Shown here piece by piece: positions 26,829-38,580 of a stretch of 64,000 bases of DNA; position 1 is the stretch's first letter; the number at the start of each line of letters is the position of its first letter. Below the pieces are notes generated by a model. The model had not been told where the DNA came from. It ran no database searches and saw nothing but the letters and a program-made list of their open reading frames with translations. The position numbers were made by a program, and so were the translations under genes. This DNA comes from the human T2T-CHM13v2.0 reference genome, Homo sapiens. The DNA lies in NCBI RefSeq assembly GCF_009914755.1, contig NC_060926.1. One strand, 5' to 3'.

Positions 26829-28329
26829 TTATTCATTCAGGTGGCATCAGTAGGATTTATATTCAGTCAAGAACAAAAGATGAATTTCTCTATCACTTTT
26901 GATACATTCTAGCAATAAGCTTAAAGAACACACTATAGAATTGATTTTCTGAGACCTTCACAGAATTGTGCTGAAGTAGTATGTCTGGATTTTCTATGGG
27001 CTAAATAGGTTTGAAGCCATATTAATATCCTTCTTTTGGTTTAGGCATTTGTTCCTTCTCTGTGTCAGTAATATCACATGAATGTGGTTCATTGGACACG
27101 AAGCCAACACCCTGTGGATCATTCCTTCCTCATGTTGAGGCAATCATTCACACCACAGAACTTGTGACAGCAATTATCTCTTATCCTGAAAAGCCCACTA
27201 CATGATGCTTGAATTATGTGTGGATCACATGGGGTATATTAATAAACTGATAATTACTAGAGATTCATGGCATTATTCATATAGATATGACTTCTCAAAT
27301 CCAAGTAGCATTAGCCACTTCATAAATTGAATCATATGTATTAAAAGATTTAAAAAGCATTTCCATATACATGTTATCCATAAATGGCATTTGCTGAAAG
27401 CAATTTAGTAATTTTTATTCCATTTTATTAATTTTAAGATTATAGGAAGTGTAGATATTTTAAGAACTGTGATAAGTTGGTGTTCCTGTTACTGCCACGA
27501 GTGCTTCTTATTAATGATCTGTTAGAAATTCCACTTGGCCTTTAAAAAATCTGAGCATTTGAAAAAACAAAAAGCACAGTAAACCACAGGTGAGCTGAAT
27601 GCAATTTAACAGTGTGTGTTCAGCTTTTATGTTCTTTGCAAGCTAGAATTGATTTCAGTAATTATACCAATTTTCCAGGATCCCTGGCCTGTGGGCTCTT
27701 TCTGCTTCTACAACTGGCTTTTTTTTTTTTTTTTTTTTTGTATTCTTAGAACCCTGGCTATAAAATGTCAATAATCTGCCCCCTGCTTCAAAGTGATGTT
27801 GCCTGGATACAGAGGTATATGCTCATAAGCATCATATATTTCTCTAGGTCATTTTTGAGATAAAAATCAAAGTTCACATCTGCATCTCAAATATCCCATC
27901 AGAAAGATGCTTGCTTTTGGGAATGAGCATCATTCAGACCCTTTTTTAATCCATTACCTGATCAAATGTATTTTTTTTAATTAAAATCAGAAAATTATAA
28001 TGCCTCACATTAATGAAGTAATTTTTCAGGGGAACCAACTACTTCCAAATTCACTGCTTCATTCATCACGTACTGCACAAAGACCTTCAATCATCTCTCA
28101 TCTGAGAAGCATGCCTCTTTCCTCCGTGCTTTGCTGTTTTTAATTGCCCATTCAGCCTTCTTGTGTTTGGTGCCAACCCTATCAATCATTCTTACAACTA
28201 CCTTTGTGTAGGTTGGGCAGCAGTTACATATTGTGTTTGATTGCTTTGTTTTTGTTCTCTTTTGTAAGTTATCTGGTCTCCAAAGTTACAGTCAAAATTT
28301 ATTTATGAGAATAGCTGAGAGTTTTAAAA

Positions 28330-28883
28330 TGTAAGTTTTATTATTATTTAGGTATAGCAAGGCCAACATATGAGGAGATAGTCGAAATTGTGAAATGACA
28401 GTTTGTTATACTCACAGACTTCAAGAGAAGGGGATACACCATGCTACAGGCAAGTCAGATGGGAAATACTAGGGTCAGGAAGGAGGCAGAGGAAACAAGG
28501 TGGGGGTGCGGAGAACTATGGGAAAGTACCATTTTTGTGATTTCCATGGAAAGGAGCAAGACAGTCAGCATACACACAGTTCTAGGATTGGCTAGTTTTA
28601 ATAATTTCAGTGGGACCTGGGGCATAGGAGCTGTTTATAATTGCTGGTAACTGGCCCTGGGGTGATGAGGGCAGGGAAATTGTGACCCAGAGCCTGAGAG
28701 ACTGAAAAAAGAGAGCACTGGGGGCATGGACTCTGGCTTGCTTGGTTTGAATGAATGGCACACACACAGGGAGTTGTTTGCTATTTCTAGGAATAAGCTA
28801 ACCCTTCCAGGGACAATCCCTTTAGAGCCGGCAAGGCTTCAACATGTCAAAACATCAGAAAATAAAATATCACGATTAATACA
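28330..28883 (-). mobile_element. ERVL solo LTR (MER74-group)
   Basis: TG..CA ends; tttgctatttctaggaataagctaaccct...atgtcaaaacatcag...attaataca. Confidence 0.7.
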
Positions 28884-29086
28884 GTAAAGTTTCCACATTT
28901 TAACTCTTTGCAGTACTATGCAAAACAATAAAGAACCTGCAACACACTCATGACAAAAAAATTAACTGTCTATGAGGGAACTACACCCTGCAAATTGCTT
29001 TTGTTATTCCATTTGGGATGGTTATCAGATGGAAAAATGTAACTATAATGTCAACACCACCACTATTACCTGCTAATTACATCTGT

Positions 29087-29651
29087 TGTTAATGCCCTCC
29101 AGTCAAAGACCACCAGGAACACACACAGGGTGTAAACAAATGGCTTTATTTCTCACTGCAGTGAGGGAGAATACATGGCATAGGTAACTGACTTGTCTCA
29201 GTAAGAGGGTGTTCAAAAGAACTAATTAGAGCATTTGTCCTCTGTCTGGTGATTTTGGAGAGGGGTCCAAAAAAAGTAAGAGTTTGATGTGGATTTGGTG
29301 CTGTCAGAGAGTGGAGCCATCCTATAACTGGATATCTTACTAAATCGTATCAATAGAGAGGGCAGAATAGAGCAAGTATTATAATAATAGGTAAATGGGT
29401 AAAGAATCAGCAGTCATTTATATTACTTGTGAGGGGAGTGTTATGTATGTATTCCATGGCTTGGACAATGTTCATGTTTTGTCTGTGCCCAGGCATCATT
29501 ACAGAATAGCCTTATTTTTGTCATAATCCGTCCGGGTCACAGAGATCCCTTTTCTGTAAAACTGTTTATGCTCAGCAGGAGAACACCAAGACCTAACTGA
29601 CAGGCCAGCTCCTGGACTCCTGGATGTCAGTGGCTGCTTCTTTCCCGCTAT
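29087..29651 (-). mobile_element. ERVL solo LTR (MER76-like)
   Basis: ggcttggacaatgttcatgttttgtctgtg...caggagaacaccaag...ggccagctcctgga...tgtcag. Confidence 0.65.
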
Positions 29652-29678
29652 ACTGATACTGTAGCAAGTACTAAACTT

Positions 29679-29703
29679 TACACACACACACACACATACA
29701 CAC
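29679..29703. repeat. (CA)n microsatellite
   Basis: Seen directly. Confidence 0.9.
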
Positions 29704-30120
29704 TTGTTTCTCATTGTTAATGAATATTCACATATTCATGAAGTCACTGTGAACACTGAATGAATGAATACTTAAGCACTGCTCCTACTAGACACACAAG
29801 GTTAGGTTCCTATAAGCCTTTGGTCTGAACATTTTTGTAAACTGATCGATATATAAAATTGTCTTATGTGTGTTTCTGTGGGACTGACTAGACCATACTA
29901 CTTATAGTAGGCAAAGTCAAACAAGAAGGCAGAGCACAGACAGCCTTGTTCAGCCTCAGCTGGGAACATGCATGTTAGGTGACTCCAAATTTTGCTGCTT
30001 TGTACATATCCATGAATGACCATGAAAGGAACACAATATTTATTTTGGTGTTACAAATGCATATTAATGAGTAGGCAAATTTGCAAATACAGAATCCACA
30101 TATAATGAAGATCAACTCTC
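29701..30120. mobile_element. MER82 (TcMar-Tigger), internally deleted
   Basis: gtcactgtgaacactgaat...ggttaggttcct...gagtaggcaaatttgcaaatacagaatccac..taatgaagatcaact. Confidence 0.8.
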
Positions 30121-30159
30121 TATATTATATCTAATCCTTTGAAGATTTTTCAAGGTAGT

Positions 30160-30310
30160 ATTTTACTGAAAAAAAAAAAAAAAAACCTGAAGCAAAGTCA
30201 GGTAGGTCATTTGCTCATGGTCACACCAATAGCTTCTGACAGAGGCAGAAGTTGAACCTAGGTCTGTTTGATTTAAAATCTTGTTCGTTCCTTCATACCA
30301 CACTGTTCCT
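30160..30310 (-). mobile_element. MIR
   Basis: catttgctcatggtcacac...gacagaggcagaagttgaacctaggtctgtttgatt. Confidence 0.75.
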
Positions 30311-30829
30311 TGTTGGAATGAGGATGTATTCCTTTTACAAATTAAAGCCCTTTTCTTTAAATTTAAGGATTGTGTAGGTAATACCTCTAACATATTACCA
30401 GCATATGAATACAATCAACTAATTGTTAAATACAGTATTACTTTTTAATCATTGTTAAGTAAATGTGAGTTATTGCAACTCAATTAGCATGTAATATAAT
30501 ACCTACATGTGTCTGACAATATTTTGTAATTACAGGACACTGAAAGGAATGGATCAGACTCTCATTTTAGAAGCTGCAGGAAGTCACTACCACTTATTTA
30601 TCTAAGAGTTTATTTACTGAATTTGGAAGCAATGTTAGATTTTGAATATTGCTTATGAGCTTTCCACATGAAATGGGGTGAATTCTGATTCAACTATGAA
30701 TCAGAACACTATAGCTCTCTATTGTTTTTTTGTCTACCAGTGGTTGAAAATGAAAATTCCAGACATTTGACTAGATTCTGAAAATCCTGTAATCTTGAAG
30801 TGCACAAAGAACTGCCCTATCCTATATGA

Positions 30830-31313
30830 TTTAGATATGACATGGGATGCCCCTCTGTTCACCTAGGATAAGGCCAGACATAGACCCACCAACTTGCATT
30901 ATTTGCTTTATAAAAGATTAGATAAACTGTTTGTCCCCACCAATCAATCCAAATAAAAGCCTTGCTAACTTGACTTAAAGCTTTAGCTAAGCTTTTCTCT
31001 ACACAGGACTCAGAACTTTGAGAACCACCTTCAGCCTGAGCTATCAGAATGAGAAACAACCTCTCATTAATCTTCAAAATTACTGATCATAAAGAAAGAC
31101 ATCCCCTTATCAATTATCTGACACCTGTTCTTTCTAGCCTTGTTTACTCCCACCTATGAAAGAAAACTTATTTTCTGTCTGACCTTTGACATGCTTGTGG
31201 ATACTATGGTTAGAGCATGCTTCCTATTGCAATGGTCCTCTTTTCACTACTTCAATAATCTTTTTGAATAAAGCCTTTTCTCACCTAAGTTTGGATTTAT
31301 CTTTTAGTTGACA
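30830..31313 (+). mobile_element. ERV1 solo LTR (MER90/MER110-like)
   Basis: 3' end cctattgcaat...ttgaataaagcc...cctaagtttggattt...ttgaca; 5' boundary uncertain. Confidence 0.6.
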
Positions 31314-32648
31314 ATTTCTCTCTCATAAAACTCTGCTAATAAAATAGGATTCAAACAAAAATGCAGGTGCAGCTTTTGAAATACTATATTTTCCAGTTAT
31401 GGCCATGTGTAAACCATAAGACAAATGACATTTTCTTGCAGTTTATTTTATTCACCCTAGTAAATCTGAAATCGAGAATTAAATGCATTCTCTGAAGTGA
31501 CCTTATATAAATCTAAGCACGTTTTTAACCTTGGATTATATACTTGAATTTATTACTTGTTATAAGTAATCTCAGAAAAGTAGATAGATTCTTTCAGTTT
31601 CTAAACCTCTTAAAGAGGAATGAACATAGGACACCAAACAAACTGTTGAAAATCTTTGGGTGAAAAACATACAGTGAAGCTTTTTAATGTGAACATTAGT
31701 GTGAATTGCATTTGGCATAAAATGAGTCTAAATATAATCCCATTCTAAATTATTAAACTGACCTGAATATTGCTTTATTCTTGCTAGTAGCAAGAATAAT
31801 AGACCTACGCATGGTCCAAATTAAGCCTTTGCTCATGAGAGAGAAATGACATTAGAATAAGCATGATAGCTTTTATCTTTTTTACAAGGAAGAAAGGTAA
31901 TGTTTATGAAGAGTCAGCAAAGTTGTAGATGCCATGTTGACTGTTTTCACATACGTCATTTAATGCTCTTATTCTTATGAGGTAGTAATATTATGTCCCA
32001 AATTACTGGAACACTGAGACTAAAACCTTGTGACTAGACTTTCCAAGTAGAAACTGTCAGAAACAGACTATGAACACAAGGGTTCTTTGTACTATATGAA
32101 ACTTTTGCTATAACTTGGATGAAATACACCTAGAATTTTCCACAGTGCCTTATGATTAGACAAGTTAATGCTTTACTCACTCAAGAATGGATTTTAAGGC
32201 AGAAATTATACAAATCAGAGGGAGCTAAGGTCAACAATTAAAACTGGAGTTTTGTTTACTTTAAGAAATGAGTGTGGTAAGCACAAATACTCTGTAAAGG
32301 AAAGCTTTCTCCATTATTGAAGTGATGAAAAAAAGGCTGGCTCTCTACATAAGGAAAAATTTTCATTAGGGCCTTCTTCCTTGTCATTTATTTGGTTCAA
32401 GATTCCAAGTCAGCTCCATGATGTATACTCTGGTTCAAGAGAAGAGTGTTGTCCTTATTGATTGTAAAGAAAATTTTATCTGTTTGATCATCATGAGAGC
32501 TGTTACTTTATTTAATGAAATTTATGACTATGATAATGCTAATTATTTACAAAACTTATCTTACAAATATCTTCTCATAATAGGAGTTATAAAAGAAATA
32601 TACTAAGGTAAAATTTTAAAGTATATAAAAAGCCCTTAGACGAATCTG

Positions 32649-32730
32649 ATAAAACATTAAGATACCTGATGCACAGACACATATTTACCATAAAACATTA
32701 AGGTACCTGATGCACAGACACATATTTACC
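32649..32730. repeat. 41-bp tandem duplication (2 copies, 1 mismatch)
   Basis: ataaaacattaag(a/g)tacctgatgcacagacacatatttacc twice. Confidence 0.97.
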
Positions 32731-32869
32731 TATGTTAAAATGTATTAAAGTATTTGAAATCTTTCTACAATGTCCTCTAAATATGACATTTTCTTTCTCA
32801 TTCCTAAACTTGTTTTCTGGTAAGGACTTTGTTGTAGAAAATTGTATTACTTTAAAAAGACATCTTATG

Positions 32870-33168
32870 GGCCTGGCGCGGTGGCTCACGCCTGTAATCC
32901 CAGCACTTTGGGAGGCTGAGGTGGGCGGATCACGAGGTCAGGGAATCGAGACCTTCCTGGCTAACACAGTGAAACTCCGTCTCTACTAAAAATACAAAAA
33001 ATTAGCCGGGCGTTATGGCGGGCGCCTGTAGTCCCAGCTACTCAGGAGGCTGAGGCAGGAGAATGGCGTGATCACAGGAGGTGGAGCTTGCTGTGAGCCG
33101 AGATCGCGCCATCGCACTCCAGCCTGGGCGACAGAGCGAGACTCCATCTTAAAAAAAAAGAAAAAAAA
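32870..33168 (+). mobile_element. AluY
   Basis: ggctaacac, gaatggcgtg and ggagcttgc diagnostics; CpG-rich; TSD aaaag(a/g)catcttatg. Confidence 0.95.
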
Positions 33169-34289
33169 AAAAGGCATCTTATGAAATTATAAGTAGTAAA
33201 GGCAGAATACTGGCTAATAGACATAAAGGGGAATGAAAAAAGCACATTTCATTGAGGGAGAAATAAATTTTTTATAAATCAGCCTTTTGGTCATACCAAA
33301 CTCAAGTAGAAAGGTTGGTCAAATATGGCCAGTTCTAGTCATATTCTAAGCTTCAGAAAAGTGGTCCCTTTTTTAGAAAGACAGTTTCAGGAAATATAAC
33401 GTGAATTAATGAATACCAGAAAATCATTAATTAGTGAAATACAAAATGAATGAACTACCCGCAAAATTATATTATGTCATGCTGCTTTAAAATAAAATAA
33501 AATATGAAGAACACTTTGTACTTATAATGTTAAAAAATCAATGTGTAATGCATTGTTCATTTTTTAAATCATAACTGACTTAAGCATGTTCCAGGTAGTT
33601 CTAATGTTAAAAATTCTCTCGTCCATAATGCTAAGATGCATGTGAGTTGTATACACCAAAATAATTTTAGTTGATTTTTTTCTCATGGATCTGTCCTCTT
33701 AAGATTTTTACTCAAAATAAATTCCCAACAGCAAACGAAAGCTCAAACATTGAAAGTTTTAATGGGAATAAAAAGTGTTTTTTCATTTATACATTGATGT
33801 TTTTGAATACTTGGTTATCCATTCTGTGAGAATAATACTTGCTTTTTTCATGCTACCAATAATATATCTTACCTAAACTAAGGATATTTTTTATTTTATT
33901 CCATCTTTTCTTTCATTCTCACAATTTGGTGTCCTGATAATTACCTGCCACAAAATTCTTTAAGAAACAAAATAAAACATGCAAATATCAGTGGATGAAT
34001 TTTTCTCTAACAAGATTGTTTTGGTTTTCAACAATTCAAATTCACTGAATTTTCTACTTTCATCCTTAATTGAGTATACCCCAAAATATTTGGGGTAATC
34101 AAATAAGAACATAAAGCATACTTAAATTATAATTTTATTCTTTATTCACTTACTTTAGGAGAGTTCAGGTTTTTCTGGTCTGCATTCTATTGTATTAATT
34201 GACATACAGCTATGACACCCAACATGAGGAAGAAAGCTTATTTACCTAACAGCTGCGCTTCCTCCATATTGTACTATTTTTGTATGAAA

Positions 34290-35955
34290 AGAAAGGGGTA
34301 CGTTCTTGTTCAAGTCTTTTGCCCGTTGTTTAAATTTCGCTGGCCTTTTCATTTATTGTTTTGTAAGAGTTTTAATATTTTGATTTCATGTCCATCATTG
34401 GAATTTTATATCACAACTATGGTCTAGCTTGATTTCACATTATCTTAATAGTATCAATTGATGACAATTTTTGCCTTTTACAGTTAGGCCTACATAATGC
34501 CTGGAATTGATTTCTACGTATAATATCACATAGGAAATCAAAAATCTATTTATTTCTCACCTATGAATATACAATTAACATTGTTTTTAAAAAAATCCGC
34601 ACTCCATTTATGACATCATTGTCAGAAATCAAATGGTTATATGTTAAGTGTTCTGGACTTCCTATATGGTCCCTTTAGCCTATTTATGTATTTTTGTGCC
34701 AATAGCAAACTGTTATTAGTTACTGTGGTTTTATAATGTCTCAATTTATTGTAGTAAAACTCCTTCAAATTATTCTTATTCTTCAACATTATATTGGCTA
34801 GCTTTGGATCTTCGTATTTTCATATGAAAAGTTTGGAAATCAGCTTGTTATATTCCACAAAAATAATACTAAGACTGGTTTAAACTGAAACTGGAGATTA
34901 ATTTGGGGGAAGTTGATATCTTTACAATATTTAGTTTTCCAAACCATTACAACATATAATCCTTCAGTTAATTAAAGGTCTTTTATAATTTATCTTAGTA
35001 ATAGTTTGTAGATTTTTGAGATGCTTGAACACCTTACATTCAATTGGTTACTTGATATTTTAAATACTGATATAAATAGTATCACTTTATACTTTCTGGT
35101 GATTTGTTCCATGTATGGAATTAAATGGAATATCAAAATTATTTTTGTAATTTTTTGTATATTTAACAGGATGCTAAAAATCACCCATTAATTCTAAACT
35201 TTTATCTCTGAATATTTTGTTTTCTCTATGTATACAATTATGCTGTTCATAACAATTAAGTTTTATTTCTTACTTTTCATTTCTTCTGGCTTTTTGTTGT
35301 TGCTTTTTTTTTTGCACTGAGGACCTGAATACAAATGTTGACCACAAGCATACTTTCTTTTATTCCATTTTCAGTGGAAAGCTGTCATAATTCACCATGA
35401 AGTATAATATTTGGTATAGGAATTTCTAAATATGGTTAATTAAATTAAATAATTTTACTTTTATTTTTAGTTTTCAGTTAAAATGATTCTTACTACATTT
35501 TTCTCTATTTAAGTGTTGTGTATATGCCAATCAAGTCATGTTTATTTTTTCTGTTGTTCAAATCTCCTATATTCTTGCTATTTCTTCAATCAGTAATTGA
35601 GGGAGATGTGTTAATATCTTCCACTAATATTGTGGAATTGTTTATTTCTTCCTGAAGTTCTTCACCTTTTAATTAATATATTTTCAAGCTAAGTTTTTGG
35701 ATTCATATAGATTTAAAATGATATCTTTCAAGTATAAATGTCTTTGGTTCTATCAAATAATGTTTTAAAAACTACTTTGATATACAGTATTTACTTTGTT
35801 TAGTATTTTCAAAATGTTTTTCAATTCTTTTACTTTCAAATATTCTGGATTATATTCCTTTTGTAAACAGCATATGGTGAGGTTTTCAAAAAATATATAC
35901 AGTCTGACAGCCTTTGTTCTCTAATTGGGTACTTGATACTTAGTCTAATATATAT
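34290..35955 (-). mobile_element. Ancient L1ME-type fragments
   Basis: Antisense L1 ORF2-like text (ggaaatcagcttgtta; gattaatttgggggaagttgatatctttacaatatt; ttgtaaacagcatatgg). Confidence 0.7.
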
Positions 35956-35959
35956 GGAT

Positions 35960-37110
35960 TTATTATTTTTGTTGATTGAAAAATTATAATTTTACCATTT
36001 ATGGAACGCAATGTGATATTTCAGTATATGCCTACAGTGTGGAATTATTAAATCAAGCTAATTAACATATTGATCACCTATCATTTTATAAGACATTTAA
36101 AATTTACTCCTTTCATTATTTTAAAATATACATTATTATTTACTGTAGTTACTCTGCTACGCAATAAATTTCAATACCTATTTCTTCTGTCTTAAACTTG
36201 CTACCCTTTAGTCAACTCACCATTCCCTCTCTTCCAACCCTCCCAGCCTCAGGTAGTCATCATTCAACCCTCTGCTTCTGTGAATTCAACTTTTTCAGAT
36301 TCTACATGTAAGTAAGATGATGTGGTTTTTGTCCTTCTGTGCCTGGTTTATTTTACCTAGCATGATTTCCACCAGAGTCATCTCTGTTGTCAAAAATGTC
36401 AAGATTTCTCCTCTTTTAAAAGCTGAATAGTATTCCATTATTTATATATACCACATTTTAAACATTCATCCATCTACTGACAGGCACTTAGGTTCTATGC
36501 CTTGAACATTGTGAATAATGCTGCAATGAATATGGGAGTGCAGGTATTCCTACAACATGCTGATTTCAGTTCCTTTGGATCTGTACCCAGAAGTGGGATT
36601 ACTGGATCATATAGTAGCTATATTTTTAGTTTTTGGGGGGAATCTATACACCATTTTCTATGATGACTGTACTAATTTACATGTCTACCAGCAATATACA
36701 AGAGTTTCTTTTTATCTGCATCCTTTACAAACTTCTTATCTTTTATCTTTTTCATAAAAGCCATTCAAACATGTGTGAGGTGATGTCGCATTGCGGTTTT
36801 ATTTTACCTTTCCCTAATGATTAGGGATGCTGAGCATTTTTTGTGTACCCGTTGGCCATTTGTATGTATTCTTTTGAGAAATGTCTGTTCTAGTCCTTTG
36901 CCCATCTTAATCTGGTTATTTGTTTTCTTGCTATTAAGTTGTTTTAGTTCCTCATATGTTTTGGAAATTAACCTCTTATCAGATGTATAGTTTGCAAATA
37001 TTTTCTCGCATTCTATGGATGGTCCATTCACTTTCTTGTTTTCTATGCTGTGGAGACACTTTTTAGTTTGATGCCAAACCATTTGTCTAGTTTTACTCTT
37101 GTTGCCTGTG
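35960..37110 (-). mobile_element. L1MA 3' end
   Basis: aatcaagctaattaacatat; ccagaagtgggattactggatcatatagtag; ORF 36804-37082 resembles the ORF2 C-terminus (EKIFANYTSDKRLISK). Confidence 0.9.
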
Positions 37111-37584
37111 TGTAGGACTTTTTAGAAAGGTATATCATTATATCCCTCACATTACAATAATTTTTATATTTCAGTTTTTCTTAACTATCTAATCATTAGT
37201 TTCCCTTTTGTCTCATTTATACTTTGAAATGAATAATACATTATTTCATTTTCCCTTTTTTTAGTTTGTGAGATGAAAAGTCTTATATTTTTATTATGCA
37301 GTTCATCCCGGAGTGTGTATCCTTTCCTTACTAGAATCTAATATTCTACATTTATTTTAAATCCACATAATATTATTTTGTTTTATACAGTGAATATTTA
37401 GACTTACATATACATTTACCCTTTTCTTTACTTTTCAGTCCCTCCTACCTTTCAGTTCTCTATAAGATTATTTTCCCTCAGCTGAAAGAGTGGTCTTTAG
37501 CATTTCCATTGGTGCAGGCATGCTGGCAATTAATTTGTTCAGCTTTTGTTTTCACTGGCAATATCTTTACCCTTTCAAATATCT

Positions 37585-37795
37585 TAAATTTTAGAATAAC
37601 TTTATAAGTTTATAAAAATGTTTTAAAGGTAATACAGAGAGTTTCCATATATCCCTTACTCCTTACCCAGTTTCTATAATGTTAACATCTTCTATTGCCT
37701 CACTATGTTTATCAAAAATAAGAAATCAAAATTGGTACATTACTATTAACTAATCTCCAGATTTTATTTGGATTTCGCCAGTTTTTACATCAATG
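37585..37795 (-). mobile_element. L1MC4-like 3' end
   Basis: tacagagagtttccatatatccc...atgttaacatctt...ttggtacattactattaactaa. Confidence 0.7.
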
Positions 37796-37809
37796 TCAAC
37801 AAAGAAAAT

Positions 37810-37955
37810 GAAATATCCAATTTGTAATTAATCCCAAAAAGGCAGAAAAAGAGGAAACATGGAGAAAAGGAGAGCTAAACCAATAGAAAACAATTAGTGA
37901 GATGATAAACTTAAACCTATCCGTGTCAATATACCCTCAATGTAAATGTTAATGC
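37810..37955 (+). mobile_element. Old L1M fragment
   Basis: aatagaaaacaattagtgagatgataaacttaaacc...aatgtaaatg. Confidence 0.55.
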
Positions 37956-38379
37956 AAGTCTTCCTCATTGCAATGGCCATGTGCATAACAAAGACACTGA
38001 GAATCAAGGGATGATTTGAGATATTAATATATTGCATGCACTTTATTACAGGAGGCTATTCAACATTACCGAGCCTCATATTTTTTTATTTTTAAGTTAT
38101 TTTTATTAAGTTCCTAACTCGTGGAGTTTGTCTGACTACCAGAAATGCTCGCCTAATGCTATGCCTGCTCTATGGGTAGCCTTTCTTCTGATAGAAATTA
38201 TTATCTTTAATTTTAAAATTTTTCTATTTTAGAAAATACACAGGGTACTAGTTTTAATTCTAGTGAAATTGGAATTTAATCGTGAATTTAGAATTCACAA
38301 TTCTCAACTGTGACCCGCAGCCATCTAAAAAAAATTCACCTACCCCACAAGATTCATCATTGAGGAAACTGGACAACCA

Positions 38380-38580
38380 ACATTCAGTGTATTCAGCACT
38401 CTGCATGTTATTTCATTAACTCTTTGCAATGTCATGAAGCAGAACTTATTATTTACATTTTTATACATAAAGAAAATTAAAATAAGTGCTGATAAATAAT
38501 TTGTGTTAAGCCACAGAGTAAGTACAAAGGTGAAATTCACATCCTCTTTTGTCTGATTTTAAGCCTATGTTCTTTATATT
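38380..38580 (-). mobile_element. MIR
   Basis: agcactctgcatgttatttcattaactc...taatttgtgttaagccacagag. Confidence 0.6.

Noticed and set aside
34077-34097. 9-bp stem palindrome taccccaaa-ata-tttggggta
   Set aside because: Short and isolated; plausible by chance in 64 kb.
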